Positions 16,103 through 25,680 of a stretch of 64,000 nt of DNA are shown here, piece after piece (positions within the stretch are counted from its first letter, which is position 1; each line of letters starts with the position of its first letter). The position numbers were made by a program, and so were the translations under genes. Source of the DNA: Candidatus Beckwithbacteria bacterium GW2011_GWC1_49_16 (GTDB lineage Bacteria; Patescibacteriota; Microgenomatia; UBA1400; CG1-02-47-37); the NCBI GenBank assembly GCA_001029675.1, contig CP011210.1, forward strand, positions 948,891 to 1,012,890. Reading direction: 5' to 3'. The notes below the pieces were generated by a model, which made no database searches, was not told where the DNA came from, and worked only from the letters and a program-made list of their open reading frames with translations.

Positions 16103-19100
16103 GTCCTGCCTGTCGGTAGGCAGACCCAGGGGCCAGCAGTGGCGGCGGTATTCGCAGCGAAGACAATGGCGTTGATAGTCGGTGGTGCGGGCAAAGCGGT
16201 GGCGGCGAATGGCTTTCATCGAAGACTTGATGGTGGTCATCAATTTGGCTACCTGATCGTCTGGAATGTCAAAGCTTCGTTTGACAAACTTGGTCTTTTT
16301 TAGGCCGGACTCGACAAAATCCAGCTCGGCTTCTAAGACTTTGTAGCTTAGGCGCGGATCAGCAGCAAAAAGAAGCCTGTAGAAAACCAGCTGACGAAAA
16401 AGGTCGCCCGAAGAAGTTTTGGTCTGGCCCAAAATGTCGTTAGCGCTTTTAGTCGGCCCGGTTTTGTAGTCGGTGACCTTGATGGTCTTTTTGGTTTTAT
16501 CGATTAAATCAACCCGGTCGATTTTGCCGGATAAGGGGATGTCGTCCAGGTAGGGCTTGGAGTAAAAACCGCCAAAGCGCAATTCTACGGCCAACGGCTT
16601 GGTCATCTCTTGATGGTAGTAGCGGTAGTAGGCGGCAAGGGCGTTGACGCCTTTATCAATAAAATCGGCGTGTCTCACCGGAGTTAAAACTTCACTACCT
16701 AAAGCTTTCTTAAACTGGCTTAATAAAAATTCCTTGGCGGGCAAGCGGTTGGTTTTGAGGAAGCGGCGGTAGAATATTTCCAAAGCCTTATGGACGGCGG
16801 TGCCAAAAGATAAGTAGGCTTGTTTGGCCCGGGGGACACGAATGAGGTTGTTTAGCTTGAATTTATAGCTGCAGGCCAGATAGGTGTTTAGGGCCGTAGC
16901 CGAGAGTTTAAAGTCTTTTAAAATGAGGTTGAGAAAATCACTTTCTTTGACGGACGGGGTTACCTGGGGCAGGGGTTTTAAGAGTTTGGTTAGGGCCTGT
17001 TTGGCCTGTTTAGTTAATTGGGGTGAGACGGGTTCAAGGTATTTTTGAGGAATTTCGGAAACAAACATGGAGGGGACGGCTTCTTTGCCGGTGACGGAAC
17101 CCGAGTAGCGGTCGGCGTAAGTAACGCAGACTTTTTTGCGGGCGCGGGTTAGCCCCACGTAAAACAGCCGCCTTTCGTCTTCATTTTTCTCTTTTTTTTG
17201 AAGATCGGTGAAGCTTAAGATCCCTTGGGGAAGTTTGATTAACTCCCGGGTGCGGTTGTTGCCCCATTTTTTATCGATAGCCCGATAAATAAAGACGTAG
17301 TCCCATTCCCTCCCCTTGGCTTTGTGGACGGTAGATAGGGTGACGGCGTTGGTTTTTATGTCCAGATCCTGCTCGACGACGCTCAAACGGTTTTGTTCCA
17401 TCAACTCAAGGGCTTTAATGAAACCAACCAAGTTGAGGCTGTGGTCGGCTTGGTTTAAACTTTTGACCTCGGCAAAAAGCGAGTTTAAACGGTTTAGCTT
17501 TTCGACGCTATCGGGCAAAGTCTCGAGCCAGCTTAAAAACCCCGACTGCTTTAAAACCATTTCGAAAAACTGGCTGAAGGTTTTTTCGGCGTCCAGCTTT
17601 CTCCAATCAGAAAGCTTGCCAATAAACTTAGTGATTTTGGAGCCGGATTTGAGCTTTAATTTTTTAAATTGGGGCGAGAGAATAAAGTCCACCAGATTGG
17701 TGTCGGCTTGGGCGACGGCCCGGGAAAGTTTTAAGATATCCAGGGCGTCTAATTTCAAAAACTGATAGTTTAACAGGGTGAATAAATCAAGGTCGTCACC
17801 CGCGCCTCCGCCGGCGTCGCTGATCACTTTCAAAAGGAGCAAAAACTGGTTTACTACCGGGTCGATTAAGACGTTGCCGCCGCCTTCTATGTCCAAACTC
17901 ACCCCAAACTTGGTGAGCATTTCTGCCAGCGTCCCGGCGTCGGCGTTGTGGCGAAAAAGAACGGCGATACTCTCTGGTTTGGTACCTGATTTGATCAGCC
18001 GGTCTATCTCCCGGGCGAGCCAAAAGGTTTCCAGAGTTTCCGAAGGAAATCTGACCAAAGACAGCTTTTGCTCTTTGAATTTACCTTGGGATTTTAATGT
18101 GGTGGTGGCTTTTTTGAGCTGGAGCTGGTTTTTTTTGATGACGGCGGCGGAGGCATCCAGGATGGTTTGAGTGGAACGGTAGTTTTGCGCCAGTTCAATC
18201 ACTTGGGCTTGGGGGAAAAGATTGTTGAAGGCGATAAAGTTCTCGGTCGAAGCTCCTTGGAAGCGAAAAATTGAATTATGAACTACCACATTGTTGGCTA
18301 CAAAATTGTGGCTAGGCGGTACTTCCAAGTCATAAACATTGATGGTTTTTATTTTCTTCTCGCGTTTAATGACTTTATCGTAGATAACCTTATGCCTTCT
18401 AACCACAGGGAGGTAGTTGCCAACTAAAATATTGCCTGCTTGCATTATTCTTGAGGGGCGGTGCTGTATCCTGGTAGTTCCTAAAGGCGCCTTAATATCA
18501 ATAATTCCAGGGAGTTTTCTCTCAAGCTTTTCGGCAATTTTATACAATTGAGAGAAATCAGTGTTATTTAGTCTGAAGCCTTTACCGATATTTTTATTTC
18601 TAAGCTTAAATCCGAGCTTGTTAAGTTTTTTTATGATTTTTTTGTTTGAAGTTTGGATTCGTAGCTCATGAAGAATGGAGGGGGATTGTAGTAGTCCTTT
18701 TTTATCATATTTAGAGCGATAGTTTCTTGAACACATAACAAGGTTAATTTTGATTCTCCCGTCCCCCAAAGTGGTTGCATCTCGAATATAATGGGGTTGA
18801 TTAAGATTTACCCCGAGATCTTGAGCAAGTATGGCAGCATTTTTTTCTGTATCAAACTCTTGATACAGCTTTTTAAGCCACTTGCCAGTAATTGCGTTAT
18901 TTCTTTCTTGAAAAACAACCGTTGGGATTTTGTAGGTAAGCGATAAAACCATTTCACGGTATCTGGCTTCTGCTTCTGATTTGTGTGCTGACAGGCCAAT
19001 AATTTTATCGGCTCCTGCCTCAATTTTTAGTCTTACTGAAAGGCTTCTTGTAATGCCTAAACGCCAACCCAAGCTTTTTTTATACATGAGGTAAACATAC

Positions 19101-20185
19101 CAGATGTTAGTCATTTCTCTGGGCGGGATAAAACAGAACATTTTATGATTATCTGTAGTAGCTATTTTTTGACCTGACTCGGTTGTAAAAGTAATGAGCC
19201 TAACTTTTCTTTTTTGCTTGAAAACCCTTTTAACTTTAGCGTAAGAGGTGTAGCCTTTACCTACCGCGGTTAAAACTTCATCTCCGGCTTTAATCTTTTC
19301 GATGTTTTTAAGGCCTGATTTGGTGTTGATTTTGATGCCCGCCGGCAAACACTGGTTCGGGTCTCCGACAACAAAGACATTGGCCTGATCGCCCCAGTAG
19401 GAAGCCAGAAGTTGTAAAACCTGGTTTTGAGCCGAGTTGGTATCCTGGTACTCGTCAACTAAAAAATAAAGCAGGCGCTCCTGATGGGTTCTTAATATGT
19501 TGGTATCCTGCTTAAAAGCGACTGCCACAAAATTGATCATGTCTTCAAAGTCATAGCGGCCTTTTTGGGCGAGTAACTTTTGGTAGGTTTGATAAACCCG
19601 AGCCAGGTCGTAGTTTTTGTCCAGCGTTTTTCTAGCGTTTAATAAGGCGGTGGCGGAAAGTTTGTTCTTCTCTTTTACCAACGAGGCTTTCTCTTTTTTG
19701 ACGATGGCGGCAAAAGTGATCGGGCTGACGGCTTCTCTTTTGAGGTCTTTTATTGATTCTATTAGGCTTGGGGTGTAGTAGAGGGGCGAGTTGGCCGGCT
19801 TGATAGCTTTAAAACGGCCGTGAGACAAAATCTGGTTAAAAATATCCACCCTTTCCAGTTCGGAAAGAGGCTCAAGATTCAAAGAAATGGCAAAGCGGTC
19901 GGCAAATTCCTGGATGACCGAGGAGCAAAAAGAGTGAAAAGTGGAGATATTAACGTAATAGGCCGGTTGGCCGATAGTGGCAAGTAGCCTCTGGCGCATC
20001 TCTCTGGCGCCGGATTCGGTAAAAGTTAAAGCCAAAATGCCGTCGGGGGGAGTGTCGGTTTTTTTCAAGATGTAAGCGATGCGCTCGGCGATGATCTGGG
20101 TTTTGCCGGTGCCGGGGCCGGCGATGACCATGACCGGGCCTTCGATGGTAGTGACGGCTTTAACTTGGGCCGGGTTTAGCTTCAT
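16085..20185 (-). CDS. UvrD-family helicase fused to a C-terminal Cas4/RecB-like PD-(D/E)xK nuclease with a four-Cys cluster, interrupted by an intein
   Basis: N-terminal Walker A AGPGTGKT and DEYQDTN. Motif III is split (VVGDPNQ | intein | SIFRFQGAS). The C-terminal nuclease carries Cys residues at YLACSYKF and CLRCEYRRHC. Confidence 0.8.
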   Translation of the reverse strand: MKLNPAQVKAVTTIEGPVMVIAGPGTGKTQIIAERIAYILKKTDTPPDGILALTFTESGAREMRQRLLATIGQPAYYVNISTFHSFCSSVIQEFADRFAISLNLEPLSELERVDIFNQILSHGRFKAIKPANSPLYYTPSLIESIKDLKREAVSPITFAAIVKKEKASLVKEKNKLSATALLNARKTLDKNYDLARVYQTYQKLLAQKGRYDFEDMINFVAVAFKQDTNILRTHQERLLYFLVDEYQDTNSAQNQVLQLLASYWGDQANVFVVGDPNQCLPAGIKINTKSGLKNIEKIKAGDEVLTAVGKGYTSYAKVKRVFKQKRKVRLITFTTESGQKIATTDNHKMFCFIPPREMTNIWYVYLMYKKSLGWRLGITRSLSVRLKIEAGADKIIGLSAHKSEAEARYREMVLSLTYKIPTVVFQERNNAITGKWLKKLYQEFDTEKNAAILAQDLGVNLNQPHYIRDATTLGDGRIKINLVMCSRNYRSKYDKKGLLQSPSILHELRIQTSNKKIIKKLNKLGFKLRNKNIGKGFRLNNTDFSQLYKIAEKLERKLPGIIDIKAPLGTTRIQHRPSRIMQAGNILVGNYLPVVRRHKVIYDKVIKREKKIKTINVYDLEVPPSHNFVANNVVVHNSIFRFQGASTENFIAFNNLFPQAQVIELAQNYRSTQTILDASAAVIKKNQLQLKKATTTLKSQGKFKEQKLSLVRFPSETLETFWLAREIDRLIKSGTKPESIAVLFRHNADAGTLAEMLTKFGVSLDIEGGGNVLIDPVVNQFLLLLKVISDAGGGAGDDLDLFTLLNYQFLKLDALDILKLSRAVAQADTNLVDFILSPQFKKLKLKSGSKITKFIGKLSDWRKLDAEKTFSQFFEMVLKQSGFLSWLETLPDSVEKLNRLNSLFAEVKSLNQADHSLNLVGFIKALELMEQNRLSVVEQDLDIKTNAVTLSTVHKAKGREWDYVFIYRAIDKKWGNNRTRELIKLPQGILSFTDLQKKEKNEDERRLFYVGLTRARKKVCVTYADRYSGSVTGKEAVPSMFVSEIPQKYLEPVSPQLTKQAKQALTKLLKPLPQVTPSVKESDFLNLILKDFKLSATALNTYLACSYKFKLNNLIRVPRAKQAYLSFGTAVHKALEIFYRRFLKTNRLPAKEFLLSQFKKALGSEVLTPVRHADFIDKGVNALAAYYRYYHQEMTKPLAVELRFGGFYSKPYLDDIPLSGKIDRVDLIDKTKKTIKVTDYKTGPTKSANDILGQTKTSSGDLFRQLVFYRLLFAADPRLSYKVLEAELDFVESGLKKTKFVKRSFDIPDDQVAKLMTTIKSSMKAIRRHRFARTTDYQRHCLRCEYRRHCWPLGLPTDRQDLPQST
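18275..19351 (-). mobile_element. Intein (~359 aa) inserted in helicase motif III of the UvrD-family protein
   Basis: Starts with Cys (CLPAGIKINTKSG...). Block B TxxH is TTDNH, ~67 aa in. Block F/G is NVYDLEVPPSHNFVANNVVVHN followed by the +1 Ser. Removing it restores VGDPNQSIFRFQGAS. Confidence 0.8.
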
Positions 20186-20697
20186 TTAAGATGCTGGTAA
20201 AAGTAAATGGCGGCGATTAACCGCCCCTTATAGCGGTTGGCTTTGGGGAGACGGCCATATTGCTTGAAGCCCATTTTTTTATAAAAGGCTAGGGCGACTT
20301 TATTTTCGGCCATACATTGTAAGATGGCGGTAGTTAGTTTCAATTTTTTCCGAGCTTGTTTTAAGGTATAGGAAAACAATTTCTTACCTAGGCCTTCAGA
20401 GCGATATTCTTTTAGAAGGGCAATCCCAATTTCGCCGAGGTGGCGGGAACGACGACCTTGTCTTTCGACGCCGCAGGAACCGATCATTTTCTTGCCGTCA
20501 AAAACGCAGGTGATGACTTTGTTGTTCTGTTTGATTTTTTTAAGGTCTGTTTGAAAGTGTTCCCTCTCTGCTTTTTTGGTGAGTGGTTCATCGGGGCTTA
20601 GGGTGATGAAGGTGTCTTCGGCTTCGATGGTCTTGGCGTAGCGGTAGAGAGCTTCAAAGTCTGTGGGGCGAGGAGGGCGAAAAGTAATTTTTTTCAT
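20182..20697 (-). CDS. GNAT family N-acetyltransferase
   Basis: CoA-binding motif RSEGLGKKL and GNAT fold length. Confidence 0.7.
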   Translation of the reverse strand: MKKITFRPPRPTDFEALYRYAKTIEAEDTFITLSPDEPLTKKAEREHFQTDLKKIKQNNKVITCVFDGKKMIGSCGVERQGRRSRHLGEIGIALLKEYRSEGLGKKLFSYTLKQARKKLKLTTAILQCMAENKVALAFYKKMGFKQYGRLPKANRYKGRLIAAIYFYQHLK

Positions 20698-21677
20698 TTA
20701 AGCTTTTTGGGTTCGTCTTTGGGAGCAATCTGCCTAGTGGAATCGAGTTTTTGGCCCAAGAGGTTAAAGCTTTTGGCGACGTTGGCAAATTGGTTGTAGG
20801 CGTTGTTTAAATGCTTACCTAAAAGCTCCAACACCGATTCAGTTTTCTCGTAGTCTTTTTGGATGGCCCGCATCAGCCGAAAAATTTCTCGGGTTTTGGC
20901 TTCGATTTTTTGTCCCTCAAATGACAACAGTAGGCTTTGCAAGACCATATACAAAGTGTTGGGAGAAACTGGATAAATCCGGTAGGTTTTGGCAAATTCT
21001 AAAAGAGCCGGGGTGGTGGCAATTTCGTGGTAAACGGCCTCAGAAGGAATGTACATGATCGCCAAGTCCAAAGTGCCCTCCTCGGGGAAAATGTATTTTG
21101 AGGCGATGGCGACGACGTGTTTTTTGACATCGCGGGCAAATTCCTTTTTGGCAGCCACGCGTTCTGCCTTGCTGTCGGCAGTGGTCATTTTCCGAAAATT
21201 TTCTAAGGGGAATTTGGAATCTATGGGTAAGATGCCGGCCGAGGTTTTGATGGCGGCGTCGACTTTGTCCCCTGACTTAAAAGCATATTGGAGATGAAAG
21301 CTGTCTTTGGGGAATGATTGGCTGATTAAATCCTTTAACACCTGTTCGCCAATGTTGCCGCGTAGTTTGGGTGATTTTAAAAAAACTTGCAACTCCCGCA
21401 TCGATTGGCCGAGTTCGTTCATCTGACCCACCTCTTTAGCTACGTCTCTTATATATTTGGCGGCGTTGTCCAGGCGCTCGTTTAAAGTTTTGGTCGACTG
21501 CTGCATCGAGCTGGTCAAGGTCGGCGACAGTTTCTGGAGGCTGTCGATTACCTTCAAAAGATTGTCGTCGGGTTTGAGACTATCTTTTAACTGGCTAAAC
21601 TGGCGATTGACCAACCAAGCCACTAAGGCCAAAGCAACGATTATTAAGGCAGCAATCAAGTAAATGTCTGGAGACAT
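20694..21677 (-). CDS. rmuC: DNA recombination protein RmuC
   Basis: N-terminal TM helix, a coiled coil, then RGNIGEQVLKDLI...DAAIKTSAGILPIDSKFPLE, the RmuC core. Confidence 0.8.
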   Translation of the reverse strand: MSPDIYLIAALIIVALALVAWLVNRQFSQLKDSLKPDDNLLKVIDSLQKLSPTLTSSMQQSTKTLNERLDNAAKYIRDVAKEVGQMNELGQSMRELQVFLKSPKLRGNIGEQVLKDLISQSFPKDSFHLQYAFKSGDKVDAAIKTSAGILPIDSKFPLENFRKMTTADSKAERVAAKKEFARDVKKHVVAIASKYIFPEEGTLDLAIMYIPSEAVYHEIATTPALLEFAKTYRIYPVSPNTLYMVLQSLLLSFEGQKIEAKTREIFRLMRAIQKDYEKTESVLELLGKHLNNAYNQFANVAKSFNLLGQKLDSTRQIAPKDEPKKLK

Positions 21678-21703
21678 AAGCGAATTAATTGTAACATAAA
21701 GGC

Positions 21704-22030
21704 ATGAGGTCTAAGAGAAAAAACTTTTTACCGACTCTGGTTTTAATCTTGGTGTTGTGGGGGCTTTTGGGGTTGCTTCTGACCCAGGTTGATCCGGAGC
21801 TGGTAAAGGATATTTTAGTGCCGGGGCTTTACTTGCCGTTTTTTTTGCTGTTTTTTCCGGCTAGTTTTTTAACGCTGGCGGTAGTGCTAGCTAACAGCCG
21901 CCGGGGCTTGATTGTGGCCTCGGCTTTAAATTTGTTTTTGGCGTTACGGCTTTTCGGTTTGGGAAACGTTCTCAATCTAATCTTACTTGCCGGAATTGCG
22001 GTGGCAGTTGACCGCTACTTTGAGGTATAG
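21704..22030 (+). CDS. Small membrane protein, hypothetical
   Basis: Three to four hydrophobic helices; no recognisable motif. Confidence 0.3.
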   Translation: MRSKRKNFLPTLVLILVLWGLLGLLLTQVDPELVKDILVPGLYLPFFLLFFPASFLTLAVVLANSRRGLIVASALNLFLALRLFGLGNVLNLILLAGIAVAVDRYFEV

Positions 22031-22052
22031 TTTAATTAGTTAAAGTTGATTT

Positions 22053-22427
22053 ATGCAAGTTTCCAAGCTGGACGTTGCCAAGGATGTAGAGCAAAAGATT
22101 TTCCGGTCGCTTTATCAGGTGTTAGCAGACCTTAAAAATCCCAATGACGTGGCCAAGTTTTTAGACGACGTTTTGAGTGACACAGAAAGAACGGTTTTGG
22201 CCAAAAGGTTGGGCATTGCGGTGTATTTGTCTAAAAACCGGTCGTACGAGTCGATTAGGCGTGATCTTAGAGTTTCAAGCGCCACGATTGCCAGCGTCCA
22301 AAAGTGGCTGGAACACAGCGGCGAAGGCTTGATGCTGGCCTTAAAGCGGATTGAGGCGGACGAGTGGGCGGCGGTGGCGGCGGGCAAGATTGCGGCATCC
22401 TTCAAACGAGCATTTAAACGCAACTAG
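22053..22427 (+). CDS. TrpR-like YerC/YecD family DNA-binding protein
   Basis: ...LSDTERTVLAKRLGIAVYLSKNRSYESIRRDLRVSSATIASV... is a TrpR-like helix-turn-helix. Confidence 0.6.
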   Translation: MQVSKLDVAKDVEQKIFRSLYQVLADLKNPNDVAKFLDDVLSDTERTVLAKRLGIAVYLSKNRSYESIRRDLRVSSATIASVQKWLEHSGEGLMLALKRIEADEWAAVAAGKIAASFKRAFKRN

Positions 22428-22465
22428 AGTTTGGGATTTTTCGGCTTTGGGCTAAAATAGGACTT

Positions 22466-24010
22466 ATGGCAGACAAATTTTATGTGACGGCGGCGATCCC
22501 TTACGTCAATGGTCTTCCCCACTTGGGACACACCCTGGAGTTTACCATCGTTGATGTAATTTCCCGTTACCAGCGGCTTTCTAGTAAGAAAGCGCTGTTG
22601 ACTTCTGGTTCGGATGAAAATGGCCAGAAGATTTTGCAAGCGGCCAAAAAGGAAAATTTACCACCGCAAAAATTGGCGGACAAGTATACCAAAGATTTTC
22701 TGGCTCATGCCAAACAACTTAACGTTAATTTTGACGTCTGGCGGAGAGGAACGGACAAGAAAAATCACTGGCCGGGGGTGGTAAAGTTGTGGCAGCGGGC
22801 AGAAAAGAATGGTGACATTTACAAGAAAAAGTATCAAGGGCTTTACTGCGTCGGCTGCGAGCAGTTTTACAAAAAGGGTGAGCTTGTCGACGGCAAGTGT
22901 CCGGAGCATTTGATCAAGCCCGAGGTGGTGGAAGAGGAGAACTACTTTTTCAAATTGTCACGCTACCAAAAACGCCTGGAAAAGCTGATTGCTGACGGCA
23001 AGTTGCGGGTGCTGCCCGAGGTAAGAAAAAACGAGACGTTAGGCTTTATCAGGCAGGGCCTGGAAGATTTCTCGGTGTCTCGGCCTAAAGAAAGGTTGTC
23101 CGACTGGGGCATCCCGGTGCCCGGAGATGACTCCCAAGTAATGTACGTTTGGTTTGACGCTTTGACGATTTACATGACGGCGGTGGGGTGGAACTGGGAT
23201 TTGAAAAAGTTTAAAACCTGGTGGCCGGCAGATTTGCACGTTATCGGCAAAGGAATTTATCGCTTTCACACGGTCTACTGGCCGGCGATGCTTCTTTCCA
23301 CCGGGTTCCCCTTGCCCAAAGCGGTCTTAGTTCACGGCTATGTCACTTCCGACGGGCAAAAGATGGCCAAATCTTTGGGAAACGTGGTGGATCCGGAAAA
23401 GTTGCTGGCAAAATACGGCACCGATCCAGTGCGCTACTATTTACTCAAAGAAATTCCTACCCAGTCGGACGGCGATTTTACCGAAGCGCGCTTCAAAGAG
23501 GTCTACAACGCCGATTTGGCTAACGGTTTGGGAAATTTGGTGGCACGGGTTTTAACCATGGCCGACAAATTTACCGGCGGGAAGGTGCCGTCAGTTGATC
23601 AAGACCCGGACGCTCACCCTCTGCGCGTCGATGAAAAAATCTATAACTGGAAAAAGGCCTGGCAGGCGATTGACCAACACGTCAATGCTTATGAGTTTCA
23701 GCGGGCGCTTGAAGCCATTTGGGAGTTTGTCCACGCAGCTGATAAATACATTGATGAAAACAAGCCCTGGGAACTGGCTAAAAAGGGGCAACAAAAAGAA
23801 ATCGACTGGGTAGTTTATGGACTGCTTGATAGCTTGCATCAGCTAGCGTGGCAGATTTACCCCTTTCTGCCGGAAACGGCGCAAAAAGTCGCCCATGCGC
23901 TCTCGATCGAAAAACTGCTGGCTAAAAATCCTATTTTTAAAGATAGCTGGGTGAATATTAAGCCGGGCACCAAAATTAAAAAAATTAAACCTTTGTTTCC
24001 TAGGCTTTAA
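22466..24010 (+). CDS. metG: Methionyl-tRNA synthetase
   Basis: HLGH motif (PYVNGLPHLGHTLE), Zn knuckle CVGCEQF...CPEH, and KMSKS-type KMAKSLGN. Confidence 0.9.
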   Translation: MADKFYVTAAIPYVNGLPHLGHTLEFTIVDVISRYQRLSSKKALLTSGSDENGQKILQAAKKENLPPQKLADKYTKDFLAHAKQLNVNFDVWRRGTDKKNHWPGVVKLWQRAEKNGDIYKKKYQGLYCVGCEQFYKKGELVDGKCPEHLIKPEVVEEENYFFKLSRYQKRLEKLIADGKLRVLPEVRKNETLGFIRQGLEDFSVSRPKERLSDWGIPVPGDDSQVMYVWFDALTIYMTAVGWNWDLKKFKTWWPADLHVIGKGIYRFHTVYWPAMLLSTGFPLPKAVLVHGYVTSDGQKMAKSLGNVVDPEKLLAKYGTDPVRYYLLKEIPTQSDGDFTEARFKEVYNADLANGLGNLVARVLTMADKFTGGKVPSVDQDPDAHPLRVDEKIYNWKKAWQAIDQHVNAYEFQRALEAIWEFVHAADKYIDENKPWELAKKGQQKEIDWVVYGLLDSLHQLAWQIYPFLPETAQKVAHALSIEKLLAKNPIFKDSWVNIKPGTKIKKIKPLFPRL

Positions 24011-24041
24011 ACCCAGTCATACTTAAGATAATTTAAATTAT

Positions 24042-24737
24042 TTAAGTTTTATCCCATCTTTCTTTGTCATGATAAAGTTGCAGCCACTGGTTTAGGGTTA
24101 GAGTCGTGGGGCGGCGGGCAGAGGCAAAGCTTCTTTTAATAAAACTTTGATAGTTTTTTCTTTGAGACCAGGGCAATAGCGGTTTGTCGCGCTGTTGAAT
24201 CCGCAGCAAAACCGAGGCGACTTTAGGTTTGGGCACAAAATCGCGCCGGTGAAATTTGTGGACAATGGCAAAGCGAAACCAGGGACGCCAACAGACAGAA
24301 AACTGACCCCGGTAAGAAATCCCCGACCAGCGCTCGGCCACATCTTTTCTGACCACCAAGTAGCTATCTTGCGGCGGATTAATATCATTAAGTAATTTGC
24401 GAACAATTAAACCCTCAACATCAAATGGTAAATTAGCAAACACCTTGTAAGCTTCGTGGGGCAACTCCCAGGTTAAAAAGTCCTGATGAATAAGTTTTAA
24501 ATTGGGGGTGTTGGAGAAATCGCGGCTAAGCTGCTGATATAGGCTCTGATCCAACTCAACAGCAACCACCTGTTTGGCAACGTCCAACAACTCGGCAGTT
24601 ATGATCCCTTTGCCCGGACCAACTTCAATGACTAAATCGTTTTTACCAATAGAAGATTGCCGTACCAGTTGGTGGACCAACTGACGGTTATGAAGAAATC
24701 GCTGGGAAAGTTCCGGCCTCCGCCAAGACGTATACAT
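24042..24737 (-). CDS. rRNA adenine N6-methyltransferase family protein (KsgA/Erm-like)
   Basis: N-terminal SQRFLHN (cf. GQNFL/SQNFL), SAM motif VIEVGPGKGIITAEL, and NLPF (as ANLPFDV). Confidence 0.55.
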   Translation of the reverse strand: MYTSWRRPELSQRFLHNRQLVHQLVRQSSIGKNDLVIEVGPGKGIITAELLDVAKQVVAVELDQSLYQQLSRDFSNTPNLKLIHQDFLTWELPHEAYKVFANLPFDVEGLIVRKLLNDINPPQDSYLVVRKDVAERWSGISYRGQFSVCWRPWFRFAIVHKFHRRDFVPKPKVASVLLRIQQRDKPLLPWSQRKNYQSFIKRSFASARRPTTLTLNQWLQLYHDKERWDKT

Positions 24738-24838
24738 GGCGGCGGCGGAGCATCATGGTAATCATAGCGGTAGGATTATAACATAACCATCAGGATCATT
24801 AAGGCCTGATCCTATAACAGATGAGATATAATAGGAGA

Positions 24839-25678
24839 ATGTTGGTAGATACCCATAATCATCTTAACTTTGAGGCGTTCGATAAGGACTGGGAAGCGGC
24901 GGTGAATAGGGCCAGCGAGGCCGGGGTAGGAAAAATGATAGTGGTGGGGACGGATATTGATACCAGCCTTAAAGCGATTGCCATGGCCAAACAAAGAAAA
25001 ACGCTTTGGGCCACGGTCGGATTTCATCCCCACCACGTTAAAGCCTTAATTAAACTCCCCTACGCCAGGGTACAGCTGGCGCAAATTACCGACCAGTTGA
25101 AGAAAATGGCCCGAGGTAAACAGGTGGTGGCGGTGGGAGAATGCGGCCTGGATTATCACACTTACCAAAACAGTCGGCATAAACACCCGGACAACGGCCG
25201 GGACTGGGAGAAACTGAAAGACTTACAAAAGCAGATATTTGGGATGCAGATAGAGTTGGCCCGAGAATTAAAGCTGCCTTTGGTGATTCACAACCGGGAA
25301 GCGGACATGGAGGTGTTGGATGCGATTGACCATTTTTGCAAAAAAGACGGCAATGTGCCCCGTGGGGTGCTCCATTGCATTTCGGGCAGCAGTGAGTTTT
25401 TAGAAAAAGGCCTTAACATGGGTTTTTATATCGGGGTTGACGGCAACGTCACTTATGACGGCAAGGTTAAGGCCTTGGCGAAAAAGATTCCTTTGGAGCG
25501 GCTGGTGGTCGAGACCGACTCGCCGTACCTCGCCCCTAAACCGCGACGACGGTTGAGGAATGAGCCGGCCAATGTTAAAATCGTGGCCGAGTTTCTGGCG
25601 AAACTTAAAAATATATCCAGAGAAAAACTAGAGCAGGCAACCACGAAAAACGCCGAAAGGTTATTTAATTTACACTAA
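24839..25678 (+). CDS. tatD: TatD family metal-dependent hydrolase/DNase
   Basis: MLVDTHNHL start and HxH...E...H...H...D arrangement. The ORF-track start at 24821 is probably an upstream extension. Confidence 0.8.
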   Translation: MLVDTHNHLNFEAFDKDWEAAVNRASEAGVGKMIVVGTDIDTSLKAIAMAKQRKTLWATVGFHPHHVKALIKLPYARVQLAQITDQLKKMARGKQVVAVGECGLDYHTYQNSRHKHPDNGRDWEKLKDLQKQIFGMQIELARELKLPLVIHNREADMEVLDAIDHFCKKDGNVPRGVLHCISGSSEFLEKGLNMGFYIGVDGNVTYDGKVKALAKKIPLERLVVETDSPYLAPKPRRRLRNEPANVKIVAEFLAKLKNISREKLEQATTKNAERLFNLH

Positions 25679-25680
25679 TC

